Below, in pieces: positions 24,658-38,585 of a DNA stretch of 64,000 nt. Numbering within the stretch: position 1 is the first letter of the stretch; the number at the start of each line of letters is the position of its first letter. The DNA comes from the human T2T-CHM13v2.0 reference genome, Homo sapiens: assembly GCF_009914755.1 (NCBI RefSeq), contig NC_060927.1; one strand, 5' to 3'. Both the position numbers and the translations under genes were made by a program. Under the pieces are notes generated by a model. The model was given only the letters and a program-made list of their open reading frames with translations. It ran no database searches and was not told the DNA's origin.

Positions 24658-26867
24658 TGCATTAGTCTGTTTTCATGCTGCTGGTAAAGACATACCTGAG
24701 ACTGCGTGATTTATTAAAAAAAAAAAAAAAAGAAGAAGTTTAATGGAATTACAGTTCCATGTGGCTGGGGAACCCTCACAATCATGGTAGAAGGCAAGGA
24801 GGAGCAAGTCGCATCTTAAATGGATGGCAGCAGGCAAAAAGAGAGACTGTGCAGAGAAACTCTCCTTTTTAAAACTATCAGATATCATGAGACTTATTAA
24901 CCATGATGAGAACAGCACAAGAAAGACCTGCCCCCATGATTCAATTACCTCTCACTGGGTCCCTCCCACATCATGTGGGAATTCAAGATGAGATTTAGAT
25001 GGAGACACAGTGAAACCACATCTCCCTGGCCTCTCCCAAATCTTATGTCCTCACATTTCAAAACCAATCATGTTCCCAACAGTCCCCCAAAAGTCTTAAC
25101 TCATTTCAGCATTAACTCAAAAGTCCATAGTCTCATCTGAGACAAACCAAGTCCCTTCTGCCTATGAGCCTATAAAATTAAAAGTGAGTTAGTTCCTAGA
25201 TACAATGGAGGTACAGACAGGCCCCATGCAAGTCCAAAATCCAGTGGGGCAGTCAAATCTTTAGAGCTCCAAATAGATCTCCTTTGACTGCATGTCTCAC
25301 ATCCAGGTCACACTGGATGCAAGAGGTGGGTTCCCGTGGTCTTGGGAAGCTCCACCCCTGTGACTTTGCAGGATACAGCCTCTTTCCTGGCTGCTTTCAC
25401 AGGCTGGCATTGATTGTGGCTTTTCCAGGTGCATGGTGTAAGCCGTCAGTGGATCTACCATTCTGGGGTCTGGAGGATAATGGCCCTGTTCTCACAGCTC
25501 CACTAGGCAGTGCCCCAGTGGGACTCTGTGTGGGGGCTCCAACAATACATTTCTCTTCCACACTGTCCTAACCGAGGCTCTTCATGAGGGCCCTACCCCT
25601 GCACCAAACTTCTGGCTGGACATCCAGGTGTTTCTATACATCCTCTGAAATCTAGGCAGAGGTTCCAAAATCCCAATTATTGACTTCTGTGCATTTGCAG
25701 GCTCAATACCACGTGGAAGCTGCCAAGGCTTGGGGCTGGTTACCTCTGAATCCATGGCCCGAGCTCTATGTTGGCCCCTTTTAGCCACAGCTGGAGTGGC
25801 TGGGACACAGGGCACCATGTTCCTAGGCTGCACACAGCATGGGGATCCTGGGCCTGGCCCACAAAACCACTTTTCCTTCCTAGGCCTCTGGGCCTGTGAT
25901 GAGAGGGGCTGCCTTGAAGACCTCTGAAATGTCCTGGAGACATTTTCCCCATTGTCTTGGGGATTAACATTTGGCTCCTCATTACTTATGCAAATTTCTG
26001 CAGCTGGCTTGAAAATGGGATTTTCTTTTCTATCACATTGTCAGGCTGCAAATTTTCCAAACTTTTATGCTATGTTTCCCTTTTCAAACAGAATGCTTGT
26101 AACAGCACCCAAGTCACACTTTGAATGCTTTGCTGCTTAGAAATTTCTTCTGCCAGATACCCTAAATCATCTCCCTTGAGTTCAAAGTTCCACAAATCTC
26201 TAGGGCAGGGGCAAAATGCTGCCAGTCTGTTTGCTAAAACATAGCATGAGTCATCTTTGCTCCAATTCCCAACAAGTTCCTCATCTCCATCTGAGACCAC
26301 ATCAGCCTGGATTTCATTGTCCATATCATTATCAGCAATTTGGTCAGAGCCATTCAACAAGTCTCTAGGAAGTTCCAAACTTTCCTACATTTTCCAGTCT
26401 TCTTCTGAGCCCTCCAAACTGTTCCAACCTCTGCCTGTTACCCAGTTCCAAAGTCACTTTCACATTTTTGGGGTATCTTTTCAGCAGCGCCCCAGTACTA
26501 GTACCAATTTTATAGTATTAGTCAGTTTTCATGCTGCTGATAAAGACATACCTGAGACTGGGCAATTTACAAAAGAAAGAGGTTTAATAGACTAAGATTT
26601 CCACATGGCTGGGGAAGCCTCACAATCATGGCAGAAGGCAAGGAGGAACAAATTACATCTTACGTGGATGACAGCAGGCCAAAAGAGAGCCTGTGCAGAG
26701 AAACTCCCCTTTTTAAAAGCATCAGATCTCATAAGCCTTATTCACCATCATGTGAACAGCATGGGATAGACCTGCCCCCATGATTCAACCACCTACCACT
26801 GCATCCCTCCCACAACACATGGGAATTCAAGATGAGATCTGGGTGGGGACACAGCAAAACCACATCA
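24658..26867 (-). mobile_element. Full THE1 element (THE1A/B-like), LTR-int-LTR
   Basis: LTRs at ~24658-25022 and ~26514-26867 around a ~1.5 kb THE1 internal region (MELPRDLLNG...DLWNFEL frame). TSD ACCTC / ACTTC. Confidence 0.93.
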
Positions 26868-27039
26868 ACTTCCATGGCTTTTTTTCATTCAAATTGCAAA
26901 AATCTTTTTCATATCTCTTGGCTTTTTATGTTTCGTCATAAAACAAGATTTTGTCTTTCCCTATAGAATCTGCTTCCTTTGGGACTAAAGACCAGTATAC
27001 AGCATAATGGCTGTGATTATGGCTGGATTTCTGACTCTG

Positions 27040-27455
27040 TGTATTAGTCCATCTCACATTGCTACAAAACAAAACCTGAGACTGAGTAATTTACAAAGAA
27101 AAGAGGTATAATTGGCTCACAGTTCCACAGGCTGTACAGGAAACATGATGCTGGCATCAGCTCAGCTTCTGCGAAGGCCCCTGGAAGCTCGCAATCATGA
27201 TGGAAGGTGAAGGGGGAGCAGGCATGTCACATGGCTAGGGCAAAAGCAATAGAGCTAGGGGCGAGGTGCTACACACTTTTAAATGATATCTCACACAAAC
27301 TTACTATCGTGAGGACAGTACCAAGGAGATGGTGGTAAACCATTCAAGAGATATCTGCCCCCATGATTCAATCACCTCCTGCCAGGCCCCAACTCCAACA
27401 CTGGGGATTACATTTCAATATAATTTGTACAAAGATATACATGCAAACTATATCA
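27040..27455 (-). mobile_element. MST (MaLR) solo LTR
   Basis: TGTATTAGTCC...CTATATCA with a perfect TSD CTCTG (27035-27039 / 27456-27460). Confidence 0.9.
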
Positions 27456-27584
27456 CTCTGATACTTGCCAGCTGTGTGAGCTTAGGCAAGTTGCTAACCT
27501 CTCTGTGCCTCACCTCTCCATCTGCAAAATGTAGATGATAATAGCTGTTGTATTAAAGAAGTTAATACACATAAAGTCTCAATA

Positions 27585-27772
27585 TAGGTCCGTGTTGTAC
27601 AAAAGTGTAGTCATTAGCCATATGTTGCTGTTTCCACTAAAAGTAGTTAAATTAAAATTCACTTCCTTAGTTATACTAGCCACATTTCAAGTGCTTGATA
27701 GCCAAGTGGGACTAGTGACATCCATTTTGGACAAAACACATATAGATATTTCCATTGCCACAGAGGCTTCTA
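27585..27772. mobile_element. MER3-like hAT MITE
   Basis: 'cttccttagttatactagccacatttcaagtgcttgatagcc..atttccattgccacaga'. Confidence 0.7.
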
Positions 27773-27917
27773 GAGCCTAAGCACTTAGCAAGTTCTAAAT
27801 AAAAGCTAGTTTTTATGCTCCAAGACCCAAATAAGTTCAATTGCCCTCATCAGATTCTTAATCTTCAGTCAGATCTCCCTCTAGGAAACAAATAAAAATT
27901 GTAAAATTTCAGTCACT

Positions 27918-28125
27918 CTTTGCCTTGTCTTCTCTTTTTCCCTTCTTTTTCCTTCTTTCCTTCCTCCTTCCCTTCCCTCCTTCCTTCTTTCTTTTGTTCC
28001 TTTCTTTATTCCTTTGTTCCTTTCTTCCTCTTTCCTTCTTTCCTTCCTTTCTTCCTTCCTTCCTTTTTTCCTTTGTTCTTTCATCTTTCCCTCTCTTTTC
28101 TTCTCTTCTTTCCCTTTTCTCTCCA
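27918..28125. repeat. CT-rich low-complexity tract (CCTT/CTTT)
   Basis: About 200 bp of almost pure pyrimidine. Confidence 0.95.
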
Positions 28126-29119
28126 CCTCTGTGGAGGAAACCAGAGAGTTTCCTGGTTGGGATTTCCTAGTAAACTACCCTGACTCTCCAAGTTTACTAT
28201 TACAGTATAACTATTACATTGGAGCCCAAAAGCCCATATTACTCACACCAACATCTGGAAAGTTCTCAATTTTGTCAGAAAGCTGAACGTGTCTTTCCAC
28301 CAACTTCATCCTTTCTCTCTATCGAAGCATAAGATTTTGACAAGATAGATGTGCTTCTATTAAATTATTTGTAGTCTCACTGTAATGAGATCATCCTAGC
28401 ATGATTGCCATGGGCCACTGTCTAGGCCTCAAAGAAACAGGCCAGAGGAAGATTTCTATTGATGATACTCGTGGAAAAAGATGTGACCACTAGTCCTTTC
28501 AAAAGGATCATAACAGATATTGATTCTTAGTTTGGGAGTTTGCCTCATTAAAATACCAAACAGAATTCTACGGGGAATGGGCTATATTGATTGGTTTGTT
28601 TTGTTTTATAGGTTTGTTTCCTATGTAACATGTAATTGTATTTTATAGTTGCTATAGTATGCAAGAATTAAAGACCTAATCTGGCTAAACAAGAATTGGC
28701 TTATAAATTATGAAACATTCTTTCCCATCAAACTTCTAGATAATTAAACAAAAATTTAGGAAATGTTATCTTTGCTGATTGTTTTGTATTGTGGTAAGAG
28801 ATAGAAGAAGATAAACTTTTTTTTTCTTCTTGTCACTGTTTAATTTTCTTAGCAATTAAGCCACTAGTAATGAGTTTAGGGATTTCAGAGAAGACTGTTT
28901 TTTTCTGAGGTCTATTAAACTGTCTTTTTTTTAAACATGATTTTGCTTCTAAAATTTGAAAATGAGTTGCCATCCAATGGCATGATGGAGGCAGCACAGG
29001 TTCTGAAAGTATTCAGACTTAAATTCAAACTCTGTATTTTCCCTTCTGTTTCAACTAAGGCAAGTTACTGAATGGGATATTTTGAGATTTTAGAAAGTTG
29101 TTCTTCTGTACACAAGTAG

Positions 29120-29480
29120 ATTTAAAATAATCACTTCTTCCTCCATCTTTTCAGTAGATAGATTGTACTTCAGGTGCTTTGATTCTGCACTTGGCCATCT
29201 GACATGCTTTGGCCAATGGGAGTTTAGCAGACATGCTGTAAGCAACATCTTGAAAAATGCTTGCATGTTTGGGCTTGCTCTCTTAGTCTTCTGCCACAGC
29301 TGTGAGAACATGTATTAGCCACCTGATTCCAAGAAAAGAAACAGAAACACCTAGAGCAGAGCCACTCACAGCCAACCACAACCTAGATTGGCTGACTCAC
29401 AGCCAGCCCTTATATTTGTGAATTAAATAAGTGATTATTGCTGTATGGTGCTGGGATTTGTATCACAGTTAACTGATATA
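29120..29480 (+). mobile_element. MLT1 LTR
   Basis: 'gacatgctttggccaatgggag..tgagaacatg..ctagagcagagcc..aaataagtgattattg..aactgatata'. Confidence 0.7.
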
Positions 29481-31229
29481 GCCTCTCAAGCTTCCTTTAC
29501 GCATTACCTTCTCCCATTGTTCATGAGGATGGTTCTCTATATGTATTGCCCTTACAGATGAGAAAACACACAGCCAAGAAAAAAGATCAGTTGATGTGCT
29601 GAATGCATATGTATATATACAGTAGCAAAACCATTCTTTCTCTCTGCAAGAGTCAAGTTTGTTGAGACAGGAAAGAATTTATGGTTTCCAAGAAGTAGCA
29701 CCCTGGAAGACTAAGAACATAGCTTTTATACTATAAAACGTATGCTAGGGAATAGTGCTACTAAAATAGAATAGACCACAAGAAAATAAGATGACAGACA
29801 GAAGGAGCAAAGATCTGTTGGGAGGTGGCTAGAATTCAGATACAAGAGACCTTAAGAGGGGCTAGCTGAGTCTAACAAAAGAAAGATGAGGAAAAAGCCT
29901 AAGTAGGATTTATTTGTGGGTTCTTTTTCTCTTTCCTTTGTTTAAGCCCAATACTACAACTTTCTTTTGGAACTCAAACATCTAATGTGGCACTATATAC
30001 TATAGATTCACAGTGGCTGAGGGAGTTATCAAGGTAGATAAGCTTAGAGAAGCCTCATAAAACCTACCTACTTCAGTGATAGGTGGTAAAAATAGGCAAT
30101 GGGTTTGCATTTCATCCTGGGGAATCCTTGTACGTGAGCACAAGGAAGTGGTGATGAGCTAGAAGAGAAGAAGAGACCAGAAAAACTGGAAAAGGAGCAC
30201 ATGGAGACAAGGATCTCAGTACAGATGCTAGGGCTTAAAAATGGGAATACGTCTTAAGCAGAGAAAATGGGATCTTTTCTGGATTGAAGAGTGTTAGCCA
30301 TTAAGTTCTCAAGTCCCTGTCTTATTTGACATTATCCAAGAAAGAAGCAGAACACAGGAAAATTTTCACATCTGAGGATAACACTAAGGTTTTCTGAGTA
30401 ATAAATAACAAGTATAAGGAAGCTATAGAAAGATCCCATGAAATCGAGGGCTAAAAAGTGGCAGGTGATACTCAATATTGATGAGAGTCTGATAAAATGT
30501 TTCAGGAAAATGATCCTTTACATGAAACAACTTCAAAAGTGTCTCTATAGCCCGTTGATTTATAAATGATTAAAAAGTCAGCCCATGAAGACAAAAAATG
30601 GGGAAGACAATATTAGAGAAAGGTGGAAAATGATAAATGAGTGTTAAGTAACTTGGCAAAAAAATAAAGCGTGCCGGTAATGTGAAAGCATATTCAGATT
30701 GTGGAGCCCAAAAACCCCCGAAAGCAGAGCTGCCAGATGAAGGGTAGGGCAGACAGCAGAAGAACTGGTAAAAAGCTTATATCAGGAGATCCTCTCTCCT
30801 GAACCCTCAGCTACCAAATGGCCTCCTCCTACCAGAGACAGAGACAGAATATTTTTCTCTAAATAAATTCAATGAGGGTAGGTCCAGTTCCTGTATGGCG
30901 AGGCACCATATTGAAAACAGAGAGCTAAGGAAATAGCTACATAATTAACAGGCATATCCCCATCCTTCTCTACCCGTTTACAGCATGCTAGCCTACAAGT
31001 CTGTAAGTACTAGGCAGGTGATTGGAAATATTTCCTGTAGAAATAGATTAACCCTGGAGAAAGACCCACAGATTTCCCTATTGCAAATGTCATGCCTGAT
31101 TCAGCTTCATTGAAACACAATGGTTTGACCAACCCATATATGCATAGATTATAATCAGCTTTTTAGTACTTTATAAAATATGATTACATCTCCAAGGATC
31201 ACCTGATGTTTGTGAAAAGTTTTTAACAT

Positions 31230-31575
31230 CAAAGACTGAGACTGGGTTGGCTGCATGTAATCATTGACCAGAAATAACAATGCCTTAAATATAAGAGGAA
31301 TGACTAGAGCTCCAGATACCATGTCCAATTCCAAGCAGTAAGGAAGGAAAAAGGGCAGAAGGGTAAAAGGGCTAGCCTTTATTTGTGTCAACTCCCTTTA
31401 AGCAGGTTCCCCAGAAGCCCTACAAAACACTTCGTTGGCCAGAACATGCTCATATGAATATATCTAGCTACAAGGGAGGTTGGAAAATATAGACTTTCAA
31501 CAGGATAAATATCTCTCCTGAATAATATTGTTTTATAGATGAAGGAAAGAATGAACTTTTGGTAAACAACCTGCA
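31230..31575 (-). mobile_element. MLT1 LTR fragment
   Basis: 'ttggccagaacatgctcatatg..ctagctacaagggaggttggaaaatatag'. Confidence 0.6.
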
Positions 31576-31621
31576 TACACACACACACGCGCACGCGCGC
31601 GCACACACACACACACACACA
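31572..31621. repeat. (CA)n/(CG)n alternating purine-pyrimidine tract
   Basis: 50 bp of uninterrupted alternation, seen directly. Confidence 0.95.
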
Positions 31622-33118
31622 GGCTGAATAAAGTAACTTGAAAAAAATAAGATTGATGTACTAGAAGCAGAAAACTCCAAAATATGATATTTTCAGAAAG
31701 AAGATATTTACCCATGAATAAAGAACAGATTTCTATTTAAAAGAAAAGAACAATAAAAAACCACAGAGCTCCTTGAAATAAAAAAGAAAATACAGTAGTC
31801 ACAAAAGAGGGGGATTGTGGACTAAAATATACAGTTGAAGAAATCTCACAGAAAAGTGAAAGCAAGAAGATTAAGGAGAAAAGAATAGAAAACTAGAAAA
31901 TCCAGAAATCCAAATATTTTAATAATAAGTGCTTAAGAAAAAGATGTCAGGAAAATTAGAGGAGTAAAAGAAATAATTAAAAGCTTTTTCTGAAGTATAT
32001 GTGTTTCCATTTGAAAGTGCACATTGAATGTTCAATAAAATAAGGGAGAAAAATTCACACAAGATATATTATCATGAAATATCAGAACACCAGAGAGACA
32101 AAATAAAATTTCCAGAATGAAAAGAAGTATTCCCAAAGCAATACTGAAAGATATAATTCAAAATTATCTTACAAAATGTGAAGAAAAACAATATTCAGCC
32201 TAGAATTCCCTACTCAGCCATACTAGCAATCGAATAGGATGGAATAATCATTTTCAGACATAAAGTGACCAAAATATTTACCTACCATGCACTCTTTCCC
32301 AGAAAACTACTGAAAGACGTTGACCATTAAAGTGATGGAATAAACCAAGAAAGAAGAAGATGGGAGGGCTGGGAAACACAAGATCCAACACTGGAAGAGT
32401 AAAAAATTCTCAGGATAAGGACAGAGGGAAGTCTCTGGATGTCAGGTGTGCAGCAGATCTAGAGCAACCAGTCAAGATTGTCAGAGGAGGATAGAGTGTT
32501 CCAGAATAGATGGAATTAAGCCAAGATGTTAGAATTGATGAATAAAATTATCCTGAGAGAGCCTTTAAGTTTCTAGCAAAGAAAGTTTAGATCCATAGAA
32601 TACTTTGCAATTAATAAAATTATAGCAGCTATTTTCTTTAATGAAAAACCTAAAAATTTGTATGAGAAAGGCTATATAATGCAGGATAATTCATGGCTAC
32701 ACTATGAACAACATTTGCAAAGCTATAACAATATGTAAAAGGTTAATTTAACCAGAAATTGTGATGTAACCATATTAGGAAGATGGGAGAGGGGAGTTTA
32801 GGGAATATATAATAACTTTAACAATAAGCATGCTTAGAAATGGAGGTAAATATGAGGAAAAAGAGCTACAAAAATTCAGAACAGTTTCCCCTAGGGAGTG
32901 GGACTCCTGAAAGGAGATAGGTGCTGTACATTCCCATTGGTGTTTTTCCTGATAAACATTGTAGTAGTGCCATTTGACTTTTAGAACTATGACACCTATT
33001 ATTATGATAAAAGAAAAAAATTAGGCATGTATGCAGAAGCAAATAAAACAAAATAGTTTTATTTGCCCCTTTATCGAAGACAGCTTCTAGCCAGCATTTC
33101 AAAAGATTGGGGGGAAAA

Positions 33119-33466
<348 letters not shown>

Positions 33467-33675
33467 CTACTGTTTAAATACAGCCTCTACATTCTTGTAC
33501 TCAGACTCCACATGCATTTCAGAAAAGCTTTATTGAAGCAGAAAAATACCCAAGAAGAGGTTCATGTTAATCCAGGATTGAAACGGCTGCGTGATAAGGG
33601 AACCACTTTTGCCAACAAGCTGCTCTTCCCATTACCCTAAAGCAGAGCTAGTTATGAGATAAGACTTTCTGTCTG

Positions 33676-34112
<437 letters not shown>

Positions 34113-35779
34113 TCATCTTTTCAAATAGAAAAAGTATTTTGTAACAGAGACAAATGTGATAAGGCAGTAAGGAGTACAGTTAATAAGCTCCATGAATTAC
34201 AAAGCTAGTTCAGTGTAAACATCTGAAATATGTCAAGAAGCACGCCATTGGTGAACCACTGATACAAACGATATGGATCAATCTCAAAAAATGTGATGTT
34301 GAGTGAAAGAAGCCAGTACATGATGTATTCATTCATTTTGCCACTCTTCTTTAAACTATACATATATGATTAATATACTTTTATAGTATGATATATCTCC
34401 CAACGTAAACAATTCTGGAGGTTCACTCCTGCAATATTTCTAGAATATAGTGTTTTTACCTAAAAATACTGGTATCTATGGAGTAGGTCATTAATGTTTG
34501 CTGAAAACCTAGTATACTTTTGCTACTTTATACATATCACTATACATAATACTGAAAGTAACACTGAATTATTTGTCATTGATATAAATTAAAGATTAGA
34601 ACATTAAGGCTCAGAGAGATGAAATAACCTTGCCCAAAACCTAGACATGCACGCAGATCTATTTGACTCCAGGGCTGCTTCTCTTTTGATACTGCCAGAT
34701 TGTGAGTCATTCTGTTCTTTTATTTTAAGGGCATTTCTAAGAGGAAACCAAGGATTATTTGGAGTTGTGTACAAAACAATTTCAGGGAAGGGCAGTTAAA
34801 ACTCTTCTCTCCCAGGAGATGGTTGGTATCCTTTTTGCCACACAACTTTTGTCCCTGCAGAGGGCACCTGAGGGCCTACTTCAACACAGCTCTTCTGCCA
34901 TCTTTCACTCTTCTGAATAATTACGTGTGCTGATGTTCTGAGAAAGTGCCATCCTAGAAATTAACTTCATCAATAATACGAAAACATTTTTCTTTCCTGG
35001 TGGGAAATTAAATGAGAAAACAACTGATCAATGACTAGGAAAAGCCAAAAATTAACAAAACTTGAAAGCGATGGCTGAAACTGCTGGATGTGTTAGATGA
35101 ATTATGTAGAATATTCCTAATGAGATGCACTAGGATCTGACTCTTGCCAAAGAAAGTAAACAGAACCTTGGTGATTTATTTAAAAATTGTTTAAATTCAC
35201 TTGATCAATGGCTGAGGCTCCAGAGGTGACACGACCTCCCCAACATTGCTCTTCTTTCTGGAGAAAAAATAAATTAATGAAAGAGAGATAACTAAAGTTC
35301 CATTTCTGATCACAAAAAATTGCCTCACTTTGATTCTTTAGGAAATCTCTTTAGGTTGGATAAATGGCAGAATATAGAATCTTCCCTCTTCCCAGCCAGT
35401 TTCATTTTTAAAAGCATCAAAATGAAGCCTCCAGAAGGGAGATAAGTGCTGCTGCAGACAGCTGCAAACAATTAATTCTTAAAAACAAAACTGAAAACAG
35501 ACTAATTAATTTACAAAGTGTGCAGGGTGTGTCAAGAGTGCAGTAAAAATCCATCCCACTTAGTGTCCACCCGTATTTCGGTAAAACAGAGCATTTGCAA
35601 AGTGCTATATATTAAATTATAAGGCAAAACTATGGTGCATAATTCTCAGATGCCCGCATATATCTCTCTAATAAGAACAGTTTACCTAAAACCATTTATA
35701 ATGTAATAAATTTCTTAATATTGAATTGGTAAACATCTGCATAGCCCATGCTACCAGGACTGTATCTGTGAAATTCTTA

Positions 35780-36350
35780 GTAAGCTGGTTGGCTCAAACC
35801 AGGGTGGTAGCAAAAGACGTTCTGAGGAGGTAAAAGTGTGGATCCATTTTCAAGATAGAACCAACAGGATTTTCTCACAGATTGAGGTAGGTCATGAGAA
35901 AGAGATGACTCAAGGATTTTTGACTTGAGCAAATAGATTATGAAGCTTCTGTAAAGCGAGATGAAAATTATGGGTGCAGCAAATTCATGGGGACAGGGAA
36001 GCTCAGTTTCGACATGTTGATTTTGAAATATCCACCAAAGCTCTAAGTAGAGAGCTAGAGTAGACGGTCGAATGTATCAAGAAAGAGCTGGGGAGAAAGA
36101 CAATAATTATTGTGTGCACACTTGGTTGCAGGGACTTTATATTCATTACCTCATTTAATTCCACAGAAGTTTATGTGTTAGCTATTCTACCTGTTTTGTT
36201 TTATATTGTTTAATAAAAAAAAGTATTGAGTATCAAAGAATTTGAATAACTTGGTAAAGGCCCTACAGCTGATAGATGGAGAAGCTGGAATTCAAATTCA
36301 GGTCATCTGATGCCAAACCAAAGTCTATGCTTTTGTTTTTGCTAACCATG
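35780..36350 (-). mobile_element. L2 fragment followed by MIR
   Basis: 'gatagaaccaacaggatt..gatgactcaagg..gctcagtttcgacatgttg', then MIR 'attacctcatttaattcc..gctggaattcaaattcaggtc'. Confidence 0.65.
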
Positions 36351-36409
36351 CACCCCAGGAAAATGCCCTTTGCATTTCTTTACACTTTGGAGAAGTGAAT
36401 ATTTCACCT

Positions 36410-36870
36410 ACTTTTATTAATTAGAATGTAGGTTGCATGTTCTAGAGACTCCAAACAATAGTGGTTTAAATAAAACCATTGAAGCGATTGCTCTTTTACA
36501 TAAGACTGGAGACAGGCAATGATGGACTGTTGTGGCAGCTCTGCTGCAGGGCTCATTTTGGGACCCGGGCTCCCGCTATTTTCTTGCATCACCATATCCA
36601 TGATAGTTTTCTTCTCTGAACAGATCAGAATAGTTGACTGTCAGGGTTACAATCCAGGCAATAGGATAGAGGAAGGGAGAAAGAAGAGCCCAATCTGAAA
36701 GTTGCACACATCATTTCCACTCATATCCTATTGGCCAAAACCTTTGGCCTAGCTTCAAAGCAATCTGGGAAATATTATCTTTACTTTGAACATCCAAATG
36801 TCCAACTAAAAATCAGGATTTCTAATACTTTGAAAGAAAAGAGGAAAATAGATGTCAGAGAACAGCAAGC
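36410..36870 (-). mobile_element. MLT1 LTR
   Basis: 'aatagtggtttaaataa..catttccactcatatcctattggccaaaac'. Confidence 0.65.
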
Positions 36871-37439
36871 GTTGTTTACTACTTTAGTACAAGGTGGGCC
36901 AAATCTCTTAATGTCTTCAGATGAATGCTTATGAGATAAGTTCATTTGATACAGATTTTAACTTGGAAAAAATGATTAAGATTTCAATTAATGTGTGAAC
37001 CTGAAAAAATGCCAATTATTTCATATAAGATAAAAGGAAACACAGTTTTCAAAGGATGGAGACAAAGTGAGTTTGTTAACTGTGTTTATACTATTGCTAT
37101 ATGGAGCCACCACTTCAGCTAGTAACAAAAACACTTGTCATTCTTGGCCAGGGTGAGTCTTGAATGACAAGAGTTTTGAATTATCAGATGTTTCCAGTAG
37201 TGCGTCTGTCACATAAACTGTGACCACCCAATAATTCTAATTTTCCTTTCCATGATCCAATATTCAGACAGTTTTGTTTTTTTTTTTCTTAGAGCAAAGC
37301 AGATCTTGTCAAAATAGCTACTATTCAAAACAGGCTGCCAGTTTTAGGAAGATAGGGTCAAAGAAAACAAGATCTCCTCTCCTCTCTGCTTCTATTATTA
37401 AGTAGAATAACAATGAGAGTAATGACAATGAGGAATGAG

Positions 37440-38460
37440 AGAAAATATTTAAATGTAAGTCCCAAATTTGCATTTCTAGCTCAGACTTCTAGCCTAAACT
37501 GAACTCCAAATTCATATATAAAATTATCTCCACTTTGAAGTCTAGTAGATACAATTTCAAAATGTCTAAAACTGAATTCTTACTATATTGACACCATGCA
37601 CACACTACCCATCTCAGTTGATGGCAGCTGCATCTTTCCAGTTACACTATCCCTCCATAGTTCAACAGTTTAGGTTGATTCTTCTCATTTTCTCGTATCT
37701 ACATCCAATTTTCTAGAAAAGCCTTTTGGTTCCACCTACATACACATAATCTGATGACTCCCTCACTGCATTCACTACTGCTATCATGGAACCAACCGTC
37801 ATCTCCTCTCTTGCCTGGATTATTGCAGTATCCTCCTGTGCTATCTCTACTCCCTGTAGTCTACCCTCAGCAAAGCAGCCAGGATGAAGCTTTTAAAATA
37901 TGACTCAGATTATGTTCTTCCTCTGCTTAAAAGTCTCCAGTGGTTTTGCATATGCCCTGTAGCAGTGTCCAGAGTCTTCCTAGTGGTCTTCAAGGCCTGT
38001 GGGATCCGCTCTGCTACCACTATCCCCCCACTCACTCAGCTGAATCCACACGGGCCTCCCAGCAGTTCCTGGAACAGGCAAGCATTTCTGCTTCGGGGCA
38101 CTTGCTCTTGCAGCCCTGCCTGAAATGCCCTTTCCTCCCATTGTCCCCTTAGCTCACTTTCTCACCTCCTTACGCCTTTGCCCATATCTCACCTGAGAAG
38201 TGAGGGCTCCCTCCGTCCCCTGTTTAATACCTCAACTACTCCCGTAATCCAGTATCTAGATTCCATTTCTCATATTCTTTTTTTTCATAGTGCTCATTAT
38301 CTGTATTAATTTGCCATGTGTATTCTTTCTCCATGTGCATTTAGAATACCAGCCCCAAGTGGACAGGGATCTCTGCCTTGTTCATTACCACACGCCAAAG
38401 CCTAGAACAGGTTACTGATGGCACTCACTCAGCTCCCAACACACATTTGTTGGCTAAATA
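37440..38460 (+). mobile_element. L2 (L2a-like) 3' portion
   Basis: 'cccatctcagttgatggcagc..cctggattattgcagt..cagcaaagcagccagg..catttgttggctaaat'. Confidence 0.8.
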
Positions 38461-38470
38461 TCTTTTTCAA

Positions 38471-38585
38471 TTTATAAAGAAAAGAGATTTAATTGGCTCA
38501 CGTTTCTGCAGGAAGCATGGCTGGGAGGCCTCAGAAAACTTACAATCATGGCAGAAGGCAAACAGGAAGGAGGCACGTCTGACAT
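38471..38585 (-). mobile_element. Internal fragment of an MST/THE1 LTR
   Basis: 'tttataaagaaaagagatttaattggctcac..gaaaacttacaatcatggcagaaggc', with no termini. Confidence 0.75.

Larger units (their letters stand above)
26993..27812 (+). mobile_element. MIR interrupted by an MST LTR and a MER3-like MITE
   Basis: MIR head 'cagtatacagcataatgg', core 'gctgtgtgagcttaggcaagttgctaacctctctgtgcctca' after 27460, tail after 27775. Confidence 0.7.
30700..33025 (+). mobile_element. HAL1 (ORF1-only L1 relative), interrupted by MLT1 and a microsatellite
   Basis: 'ccaaggatcacctgatgtttg', A-rich ORF1-like DNA 'gttgaagaaatctcacagaaa', 'atttacctaccatgcactctttcccag', 'aaaccaagaaagaagaagatggg'. Confidence 0.65.

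Noticed and set aside
25284-26595. Cluster of 60-110 aa ORFs, repeated at 57062-58363
   Set aside because: These are frames within two THE1 internal regions. Their similarity reflects the shared TE family, not a duplicated gene.
27881-28286. Lys/Glu/Arg-rich and Phe/Ser/Leu-rich ORFs
   Set aside because: Translations of the CT low-complexity tract.
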